From NCBI GenBank assembly GCA_964234715.1, contig OZ174276.1: a stretch of DNA of 64,000 nt; one strand, written 5' to 3'. A program made the translations under genes and the position numbers. This DNA is from Podarcis melisellensis. Lineage: Eukaryota. This document shows, piece after piece, positions 1-9,300 of this stretch. Numbering within the stretch: position 1 is the stretch's first letter; each line of letters opens with the position of its first letter. The notes under the pieces were generated by a model. That model was given only the letters and a program-made list of their open reading frames with translations, was not told the DNA's origin and did no database searches.

Positions 1-2893
1 GGATGATTTCCCTAAGCAGGCACCTGGTTACTTCAAGTGCCTTTTCAGTCTTGGTGGGCCATGCTTCGACCCACCCGGTGTAGGTGCACACTGCCACCAG
101 CAGGTAACGGTACAGTCCACAACGGGGTAATTCAGTAAAGTCCATGACAAGATCTTCCATAGGTGCAGTTCCACTGTGCTGAATCCCTGGGAGAGCCAGT
201 GGTCCGGCTCTGGGATTATTCTTTTGGCATAGCAGGCATTTCCTGGAGATCTGGGCTGCCAGTTGGTAGAGGTGGGATATATAGAAACACTTCCCCAGCT
301 GCTTGGTTGTAGCATCTGGTCCTATGTGGGTTGAATCATGGTACCTCTGAATTATCTGCCGAGAAAGAGACTCTGGAATCCATATCCTGTCATCAGGGGT
401 AAGGTACCATCCTTCCTTGGACAAGGTCAGTTCCTGGGCGTCTGCAGTATCCTTTTCCTGCTTTGCGTAAGCTGGTTTATCAGTGGTGCTTAAAATCTCT
501 TCTGGGACCAGTGCTCCGATAACCAAGGTGGGGGCCAGTTCCCGGGCTGTTTCCTTGGCCACTCTGTCTGCCAATCGATTTCCTCTGGCCACTTCCCCTG
601 GTCCAGTCTTGTGGCCATAGCAATGGATAACTGCCACTGCCTCGGGCTCCCATACAGCATCCAGAAGGTTCAATAGAGCTTGTGGGTAGGCCACCTGGTT
701 TCCTCTGGAGGTAAGCAAACCTCTTTCTTTCCATAAGGCTCCATGGGCATGTAAAGTCAGGAATGCATACTTAGAATCTGTGTAAATGTTTATTTTCTGT
801 CCCTTTGCCAGGCTCAGGGCTCTGGTCAGCGCAGTTAATTCTGCCAGCTGGGCCGATGTTCCAGGCGGGAGTGACTTTGCTTCGATCACCTGGTCCTCCA
901 GGGCCACCACTGCATAGCCCGCCTTCCGTTGCCCAGCCTCAACAAAACTACTTCCATCTACAAACCATGAAGGCCAATGGGGGTTTGCCTCATCTTTGAG
1001 ATCAGGTCTGCTGGAATATACCTCGTCCATTACTTCGATGCAATCGTGCGTCTGCTCCTCACCTTCTCCTACCGGCAACAGGGTAGCTGGGTTGAGGGCA
1101 GTGGTAACCTGGAACTTCAAACGCGGGTGCAACAACAGCATCTGACACTTTCTCATCCTTGCTTGGGAGAAGAAATAGGTACCCTTCATGTCGAGTAGAG
1201 CTGGGACTGCATGCGGGGTCACACAAACAGTGTCTTGGCCAAAAGTAAATTTGTCTGCCTTGTTCAGTAGGGTAGCTACTGCCACAACTGCTCTCATGCA
1301 TGGCGGTAAACCTTGTTCTGTAGGTGTCAGGCGCTCAGATAGGTATGCCACAGGCTGTTGCCAGCTTCCCAGTTTCTGGCATAACACTCCCTTTGCTGTT
1401 CCCTGGTCTTCATCCACAAACAGGGAGAAAGGCTTTTCTGGATTTGGGATACCCAGCGCTGGTGCTTGCTGCAATGCCTTTTTCAAATCCTGGAAGGCAT
1501 GTTGTTGCTCTTCTCCCCACACAAAGGGGTCCTTTTCCGTCCCTCTGGTTGATTCATGCAGAGGCTTGGCAATTGTGCTGTAATCTGGTATCCATATTCT
1601 GCAGAATCCTGCCGATCCCAGAAAGCCGCGAAGTTCTCTGCGATTCTTTGGTTCTGGAATCTGGATAATGGCTTGCTTCCTTTCTTCCCTTAGGGTCCGT
1701 CGCTGATAGGATATATCAAATCCAAGATATTTCACAGTGGGTTGGCATATTTGGGCTTTTTTCTTAGATACTCGGTATCCAGCTCTACCCAGATGGTTCA
1801 GCAAATCCTTGGTGGCTTCCATACACGTGTCTTTGTCTGAACAAGCCAAGAGAAGATCATCCACGTACTGCAACAAGACTTTGCGTGGGCTGGTGGGGAA
1901 GCTAGACAGGTCCGATGCCAATGCTACCCCAAAAAGGGTTGGAGAATTCTTGAACCCTTGTGGAAGCCTCGTCCACGTATATTGCACCTTGGTGCCTGTT
2001 CCTGGATCTGTCCATTGAAATGCGAACAGGGGCTGGCTTTCCTCTGCCAGGCGGCAGCAGAAGAATGCATCCTTCAAGTCCAATACTGTGAAACAACATG
2101 CAGTAGGAGGTATTAGACTAAGCAGCGTGTAAGGGTTGGGCACATTGGGGTGGAGGGTTTCCACGGCCTGGTTGACCAATCGAAGGTCTTGGACCGGACG
2201 GTACGTGCCATCTTCCTTCTTTACCGGCAAGAGTGGGGTATTCCACTGAGATTGACACTGTCTCAGGATGCCATGGCGAAGTAACCGTTCCAAATGTACC
2301 CATACTCCCTCTGCAGCTCTTCGGGGGATAGGATATTGGTTTACAGCCACAGGGTTGGCGAATGGTTTGGGCTTGACTATTATAGGTGGGATGTTCTTTG
2401 CCATTCCGGGCGGGTTGCCTTCTGCCCACACATCAGGGTTAACTTCTTGCAAGAGGTCCTCTGAAATAATCCCCTCCTCTTCTTTTACCATCATTAAGCG
2501 CCAGTGTTCCCTTAAAGGTACCTCTAAGGAGAATTCCCCTGCTGGCCCTGTGGTCATTGTTACTTCTCCTGTTGGTTGGAAAGAAATCTGGGCTTGCAAT
2601 TTTGATAGCAGGTCTCGGCCCAATAATGGGATGGGGCACTCCGGTATATACAAAAACTTGTGTTGGACCACTTGGCCGCCCAAGCGACAGGCAACAGATT
2701 GCAGGAATGGGGCTCTTTGTGATTTGCCTGTAGCTCCTACTATATTAATTGTTTGCTTGGTGGGCTTGGATACTGGTACTGGCAAAACAGAGTGTGTGGC
2801 TCCGGTGTCCACCATGAAGGGGATGGTTCGGTTCCCTGTTTGTATTTTGACCATGGGCTCACGGGAACCTAAATCAGCTGGGCCCGGTCTGTC
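1..2893 (-). CDS. pol: Retroviral Pro-Pol (protease, RT, RNase H, integrase N-terminus/core), expressed by read-through of the gag UAG; runs off the window edge
   Basis: Manual translation in the gag frame: FMVDTGATHSVL (PR), LLQYVDDLL (YVDD at 1856-1867), WFVDGSSF (RNase H, ~956), HDSTH...CLLC (IN HHCC), MDFTEL and GWVEAWPTKTEKA. All are in one frame. The ORF track reports no stop-terminated ORF in this frame, consistent with it being open to base 1. Confidence 0.92.
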
Positions 2894-2896
2894 CTA
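2830..2896 (-). promoter_or_regulatory. gag-pol stop-codon read-through signal: UAG, 8-nt spacer, H-type pseudoknot
   Basis: Minus strand reads UAG GACAGACC GGGCCCA GCUGAUUUA GGUUCCC G UGAGCCC AUGGUCAAAAUACAAACA GGGAACC; stem 1 has 6/7 pairs, stem 2 has 7/7 pairs, loop 2 is 18 nt. Confidence 0.8.
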
Positions 2897-4738
2897 ATAT
2901 TCTTCCTCTTCCTCTCTCAGGCTCATTGCGCCGGACTGCCTTTGGGCTGGGGGGTGCCAGGGGGGTCCCTGTCCACATCCTCTACCCCTGCCGACATTCG
3001 CCGATGTCCAGGGTCTCAGTTCCTGTCCAGGTCCCACGGGGGTTGGCCCTGGGATTCGTTCTCCTCGTCCTCTTCCACCTGAATGAGCCTGTGGGCATTC
3101 TCTTTTCCAGTGCCCTTCCTGCCGGCAGATGGCGCACTGGTTCCTCCCCAAACGGCCTCTCCCTCCTCCCCGGGCGCTTCCTTTTTCATGAGGGGTGGGT
3201 GTGGTAACCTGTAACGCCATCAACTTTTTTGCTTGATATTTTTCCTTCTTCTTTTGTGCCTCTTCCTCCCTCTGATTATAAGTGGTTTGAGCCAATTCTA
3301 ACATCCACTCAAGGGTGTGGCCCATGAAAGCCTCGTGCTTCTGGATTTTTCGGCGGACATCGGGTGCTGCCTGAGCTACAAAGGCAGTTTTTATGATCGG
3401 GGCATTGGCAACCTCATCTGGGTCTACAGGGGTATACTGGCGGTAAGCTTCCTTTAGTCTTTCCAGATAGGCGCCTGGGGGCTCCTCACTCCCTTGCATT
3501 ATCTCTCTGATCTTGGCAAAATTAGTAGGCTTCCTGGCTGCCCTTCTCATGCCATTTAAGACATTCTGGCGATAGGTAATGAGGGAGTTCTGACCATTGG
3601 TAGTTTGGTAATCCCAATCTGGGGTTTCTGCTGGGTATAAAATGGCAATGTTGGGCTCCTGTACTTGTTGCTGTCTCAGATGAGTTCTAGCCTCAGTATG
3701 AATTCGCCTAACCTCCTCTGTAGTTAGCAGGGCATCCATCAAATACTGTACATCATCATAGGTGGGATTGTAGGTTTTGAAAATTCCCTCAAACAGCTTA
3801 ATTATTTTTGCTGGGTTTTCCTCAAATGAAGGGTTTTGGTTCCTCCAATTACAAACATCTGCACTAGAGAAGGGGACATGTTGAACTGTATAAGTTCTAT
3901 TGGGCACCACTCCGTTAGGTCCCGCGGGGGCCGGAGGATCATATACTCTACGTAAAGGCATCATTCCAGCCCCACCCTTTTTCTGCACCTCATGGGACTT
4001 ATGGAGGGCCGCCCTGGTTGCTGCTTCTATCCATTCCTTCTGCCATTTCTTCCCTTGTGTTGGGAGGCATTCTGCTGCGGCCAACAAGTGAGGACCAACA
4101 TCTACTTTTTCTGCATAAGGTTGTACATACCGTTGCAATCTTATCGACTGATACTGAGTCCACCCTTTTCCTTTCTTTGCTAGTTCAAGTAATCCCTTTA
4201 AAAATTCCTCATCATCTTCTTCATCTGATTCATCAGCCTCGGAGGGTTCAGGCTGGGGGCTAGCTCCTCCCAGTGCCTGGGGACCTGGGTCCGGTGGATT
4301 TGCCTGAGGGGCAGTTGGTGGAGCATAGGGTGGAGGTGGTCTAATAATTCCTCCCTCCTCTTCTTCTTGGTCTGGTATCACTGGGGGCCTTTCTGACTTC
4401 CCTGCCGGTCGAACTGTACAAACTGCACTCTGTGGGGCGTTGCCTCGGCAGGCTTTCAACCATGGTGGGTTCTTCTCTACATTGGTTTTCCAAGTAGAAA
4501 TATAAGGGATCTGGTCTGGGTGGACATTCAAGATGTTCTGATATAATGGACTGATTAGCTGCAAATCAAAGCTTCCTTCTGAAGGCCAAGTAACTCCTTG
4601 TAAGGGCCAATCAACTTCACACAATGTCTTCATTCTCTGTCTTCTTAATTTAATTCCCCAGTCATCATTTTTTGTGGCGGCTTTCCAATTGTTTAAAAAG
4701 CATTCCAGGGGACTACATTGGCTTGCCCCAGACCCCAT
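2894..4738 (-). CDS. gag: Retroviral Gag polyprotein (MA-p12-like-CA-NC), 614 aa
   Basis: Myristoylation start MGSGAS, gamma-type MA (WP..GSFD, HPDQIPYI.TW..PPW), PPPY/PTAP late motifs, CA start PLR, MHR IMQGSEEPPGAYLERLKEAY, NC knuckle CAICRQEGHWKREC. Confidence 0.96.
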   Translation of the reverse strand: MGSGASQCSPLECFLNNWKAATKNDDWGIKLRRQRMKTLCEVDWPLQGVTWPSEGSFDLQLISPLYQNILNVHPDQIPYISTWKTNVEKNPPWLKACRGNAPQSAVCTVRPAGKSERPPVIPDQEEEEGGIIRPPPPYAPPTAPQANPPDPGPQALGGASPQPEPSEADESDEEDDEEFLKGLLELAKKGKGWTQYQSIRLQRYVQPYAEKVDVGPHLLAAAECLPTQGKKWQKEWIEAATRAALHKSHEVQKKGGAGMMPLRRVYDPPAPAGPNGVVPNRTYTVQHVPFSSADVCNWRNQNPSFEENPAKIIKLFEGIFKTYNPTYDDVQYLMDALLTTEEVRRIHTEARTHLRQQQVQEPNIAILYPAETPDWDYQTTNGQNSLITYRQNVLNGMRRAARKPTNFAKIREIMQGSEEPPGAYLERLKEAYRQYTPVDPDEVANAPIIKTAFVAQAAPDVRRKIQKHEAFMGHTLEWMLELAQTTYNQREEEAQKKKEKYQAKKLMALQVTTPTPHEKGSARGGGRGRLGRNQCAICRQEGHWKRECPQAHSGGRGRGERIPGPTPVGPGQELRPWTSANVGRGRGCGQGPPWHPPAQRQSGAMSLREEEEEY

Positions 4739-5132
4739 TTTTTTTTTTTCCCTTCAGATACTCCTCTCCTAACTGGGTTATAAATTCTTTCACACACCAA
4801 ATAATACAGATTGTGGCCTGCACGAGGTCGCCCTGGCAGAAAACGCACAACCCTGCAATCGCTCGACCAAGGGGCACTAATACCCCGGCCCACACTCGAC
4901 AATTCAATCACCGGAGTATCTGACATGCAACACACACAACATACAAATCACATCAATATAATTTCCCCTCCTTCCTCTGTTCCAAATTTATGCTGGTGGC
5001 ATTCTCCTGCACAACCAGTCCCCTTATTCCTGGTGGCTGGCACTGTACTGCACAACCAATCCCCTTGTTCCTGGCTGGCACTGTACTGCCACAGCCAGGT
5101 GAGGCTGATCAGGCCTCGCCCTTTCCCTTGGG

Positions 5133-5139
5133 CTTACCT
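5133..5139 (-). promoter_or_regulatory. Probable major splice donor of the ERV (AG|GTAAG)
   Basis: Consensus donor AAG|GTAAGC on the - strand, between PBS and gag, where the env splice donor normally lies. Confidence 0.6.
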
Positions 5140-5327
5140 TTTTTCGCTGCAGACCCCTTCTGGCCAGTTCTCTTTTCTCCCTCGACCTGTGTCTCCACTC
5201 CGGAGCGGTGTGGCTGGTTCCCCCCACGAATTGGCAGGGTGCGCGCTTGGAGCCTGCAAAACGCCGATCCGAGCTGTTCACCGAGGTCGAGCCTGGCCCT
5301 CCCCGGCCCTCTGGGGTGGGGCAAAGA

Positions 5328-5345
5328 TTCCCGGCCAATGCACCA
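5328..5345 (-). promoter_or_regulatory. ERV primer binding site complementary to tRNA-Gly
   Basis: TGGTGCATTGGCCGGGAA on the - strand, 3 nt after the LTR CA; complement of the vertebrate tRNA-Gly 3' end ...TTCCCGGCCAATGCACCA. Confidence 0.92.
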
Positions 5346-5348
5346 AAC

Positions 5349-6390
5349 TGAAGGCTGAACCTTGTCCTTGCCAGGGAATCGTTTGCCCGCGTCCCCAGTG
5401 CCGAAGAGAGAGAGAGCAAAAAGCACCAGGAAAGTTTCTTCTTTGGAGAAAAGAGTTTATTGCAAACTGCGCACAGTGACAACCAGCAGGATCGCTCCTG
5501 CAAACTGGCTGTGTAGAAATACATTTCAGCAAGCCTTCTTATACCTTTTGAGCATTTCCCCCCCTCCCATTCCTTCCTCAAATTTTCCCCAATCAGCTGG
5601 CAAATGTTCAACTTATTCCCTTATATGGCACATCTATCTGCTGGCTAAGCACTTCCTCATACGTGTCTTTCTGCTAGCTAAGCACTTCCTTATTATGTGT
5701 CTTCCTGCTTATACACGTCTTTCTTATCTTTGCATTCCTTAAGGCAGGAAGCGTATGGCAGGAAACATGGTGATGATTCACCGTGCTAAGGAAGAAACCA
5801 AAAAGTTTTAAAAATTAGTTTCTTCCATTAGATTCACAAAATGTTTAGGGGTATGCATCCCCCTAGAAACCACCTTTTTTGCCAAGGTGCCCAAACATGG
5901 TTTGTAGTTTTGAAATATGAAAACAAATGCATGTTATAAAAGACAGAGTGAGACCTCTTTAGTAGGTTGGTTAGAATTGCAAACAGCTGCAATTCTGGCT
6001 AGCTGGTAAGGCAGGAAGCTGGACTCTTGACCTGCCTGAGTTTAGCAAACACCCATTGTTTGCAACTGCAAAAACAGGATTAATACAGGAATTTACTGCA
6101 GGAAATATTTGAGAGCAACCCCTACAAGATACAATGGTACAGAGAAGGCAGAAAGAAATCCTTCCCATGCCCTGCATGTATGTCTTGCATTTCTAAAAAT
6201 ATTTCTAAAACAGGAAACACAAAACAGGAAACAGCTCCCAGTCTGCAGAGCTGAAAACAGGAAACAGCTCCCAGTCTGCAGAGCTGAAAACAGGAAGCAA
6301 CTTCTGGCCTACAGAGCTGACGCATTTGCGGTTTCTGCCTAACCACAGCTTTTAGCTTCTTTACCTTATTAACCCTTCCTTCTCCCTTCA
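5349..6390 (-). repeat. ERV 5' LTR (~1042 bp)
   Basis: Inverted termini TGAAGG...CCTTCA, AATAAA at 5456-5461(-), TATAAG at ~5538-5543(-), tandem U3 repeats with ETS cores; abuts the PBS. The distal boundary is inferred from the terminal inverted repeat only, as the 3' LTR is not in the window. Confidence 0.75.
6221..6319. repeat. 3 x 33-bp tandem repeat in LTR U3
   Basis: aaaacaggaaacagctcccagtctgcagagctg twice, plus a diverged third copy. Confidence 0.9.
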
Positions 6391-9300
6391 AGATATCTTC
6401 AAGAGAGAATACTACGAATATAGAGAACAGTACCAAGAATCTGGTTGGCGCTAATTTTATATTCTGAATTGTTGGTATTTATTTTCCTGTGCCTGTTCTG
6501 TTGCAGCATATTTAACTTTGTAAACTGTGTTAAATGCTTTTTTAAAAAGTGGGATAAAAGTAAACTAAACACTTGTGCCTTTAAATTTGGTCCTGAAGAC
6601 TTGGCAGTAAGCATTACTCTTATTTGGGTATGGGGTGGAGAACAGGTTCATCAATCCTCACCATGGTTTTCTGATCTAACAAGAATAGAAACTGGTTAAA
6701 AATATTGTTCTAGAAGGAGATGGAAGCTGCTCTGATCTTGAAGTAGTTGAATTTAACAAGCTTCATTCATTGTCACTAGCTGCATAGGCAAAAAAATTCC
6801 TTGCAAAAAAGCTCTCATAAACCGAAGTCCTGTGAATTATTATTGTTAATGTGAATGTGCAGCTTGCTGGTAAATACATCACAAAATCCATTGCCATCTC
6901 AGGAGCAGCAAACCTTGGCATGTTGTGTCATCTAAACTCCAGGTAGTTTTCTCTAAAAAAAACTTTGGCTACCACTCATGGTTTGTTTGCAAGGAAGCAA
7001 AACTTTCTGGTTTGTTCCTTGTGGCCCAGGTAAGGCCAAAGCAGACACTTTTGAGCAATGTACTACTCCTTCACACTAAACCATAGTCAAATGTTAACTA
7101 TGGTTTACTGCAGGGGTTACCAGCATGGTACCTGCATGTGTGTACAGAGAGGCCTTCCATTGTGCCCACAGAGCCACTTCCCCACCACACCCCTCCCACC
7201 CATGAAATTAGGCTTGAAAGAAGCAGTCTGTTTTAGCCAATAGACCAGGTTTCAGTATGCGATTAGTTGCAGGGTGGCGGGGGTGCCGATGACAGTTTAT
7301 CCAGTTGCAGATGTGCCTATGAGCCAAAAGGGGCTGTGACCCCTGGTTTAACATGATGTGCTAACACAGCCAGTGTGTATTGAGGGGCAGTTAGTAGCAG
7401 CAATGTGGAGGGTTGATAATAAATGCAGCGGTCAAATTATCATGAAAGATCACTCAGGCAAGTTCAAAGTCTCTCTTAAAAAGAAGATAAGGTAGCCTGC
7501 TATCATGAGGCCATCAAAGGACAAGTAAAGTAAGTTTCCCTATGGAGAGAGTTGCACAGTTTTGATGCCACTGCCCCAAATTACCACTTACCATCCTTTA
7601 GAAGATGGAGACACAGAAACCCAGAACTCCAAGTGTGGGTGTTGATGGAGGCAGGTATGTTCATATGCGATGGGGGGAGTCACCACTATTAAAGTTAAAA
7701 TGTAATTAGTCTGTGGTGTAGCTTTTTTGCCTTCCCTCTGGGTAAAAAACAAACATGGTGTTGTTCTTCCTATATCTATAAGGAAGAAAGCATCCTTGCT
7801 TGCAGTACTGTAACAAAAAAAAAGGAACTCCAGCTTTGTTTTTCTCTGTCAGAGGCTGGGAATATTTTTAGTGGGATTCGTGACACAGCTGAAGACTGTT
7901 CATGTGACACACAGAGCAGTTTGCTTGTTAGGAGTCGCCCTCTCTTTCTGGAACATCCACTCAGAGCTCTGCCAACATGCCTAGGGTGCCCCTGCTTCAT
8001 ATTCTATTCATACTGCATTGGCAGGACAGAATTCAGTCTAACAAGGCTAGAGCAACATTCTGCTTAACCTTACTCTCTAGGACAGCATGTTCAAGCTAGG
8101 GAGAAGCCTTCGGCTTTACTGCACGTTCTTTTGCTTGTTTCAGAGCCAGCATGGAAACCTCAACATCCTCTTCTGATACAGTATGTTTTGTTACCCTCCC
8201 TTCTTTAGTGGTGCTTTTGCTAACGTTCTAGTGAGAGAAAGCTCAACATGCAGATAGGAATTGAATACATGCAATGAAGCATTCCTTCAAAAGATGCTCC
8301 ATTCATTTCTGAAATAGCTGCTGTCTGCTATTTTTGTTCATTCTGTCGTAGACTTACAAGTCCTGGTTATCCAGGCTGATCGAGAGCATGAAATATGTCA
8401 GAAATATATAGCAGGCATAAACCATATTCATCATGTAGAAGGATTCAAAAGTGGGAGGCTTGGATGAATGACTTTAGCCATACCTTTTCTGTTGTGCATG
8501 CCTGCTTGGTCTGTTTTGGAACTGTAATGAGATGGACTTGAAATGGTTTATGGTGGTGGTTTTTGTTCCATTTGTGTCATATAAATAGTGCCAGTAATAA
8601 ATGGTGTATTTGTGCACATTTTTTTGCTTGCTTTTATGATGGAAGAATAATTGGGCATCATAAAGCTGCCCTTTTCTATGAAATAAATCATAATACAAAA
8701 GGTTCTTGTCCCTTTTCATCCTCATTAGAGCTGTTTGTAGTTATGCAAAGTGATTTCCCCCCCTTAGGGATTTGAGGTCAGTCTTTGCTTTAGCAACAAA
8801 CTGAAATTCAATCTGCATGAACATGTTAGAATTTCAGAAGGGTGAAACATAGGTTTGTCATTGAGTAGCATTTATATTTTAGTTAAAACAGAGTTTGCCT
8901 CTCTTCTGTCTATCTAGATTGTGCATTTATTGGTAGTATTAACAGGCAAATATGGAATGAGGTACTTTGATTATGAAATTGGAATGTTTGGTCCTCACTG
9001 CTCTTAAGTTGGTTTCCTAATCAGCTTACGTTAGATCTGTTAATATTCCTTAACACAGCCATTTGAATGTCTTCCCACCTCCGTGACTCCAGAGAGAATT
9101 TATTTCCTTTGTCCTATGGTTACTCTTTCCTTGTTGTTTGAGTTTGCAGAAAGTTTTGGTTTATTTGATTGTTTTTTTGTCAGCATGGCTGAATCACAGT
9201 TTGTTTGCTCAGGGGTTATAAAAGTTCAGTGACTTGTGGCATTGTGCAGCTTTAAAGACAGCTACCAGTTGTATCAGGAGATGCAAAAAAATGGGGGGGG

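Larger units (their letters stand above)
1..6390 (-). mobile_element. Endogenous retrovirus, class I (gamma-like), 5' portion (LTR-PBS-leader-gag-pro-pol); the rest lies beyond the window start
   Basis: LTR with TGAAGG...CCTTCA termini, tRNA-Gly PBS, gag with MHR and a single CCHC, in-frame UAG followed by protease DTG, RT YVDD, RNase H and integrase HHCC. Confidence 0.96.

Noticed and set aside
2268-2897. 209-aa + strand ORF and other short ORFs over pol
   Set aside because: Antisense or off-frame shadows of the pro-pol frame
4811-5479. 222-aa antisense ORF across the ERV leader and LTR
   Set aside because: Non-ATG start, low complexity from leader repeats, no recognisable domain
6978-7035. 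ATG...CAG|GTAAG candidate micro-exon
   Set aside because: Phase 1, incompatible with the phase-0 TMCC1 acceptor, and overlaps MITE-like sequence
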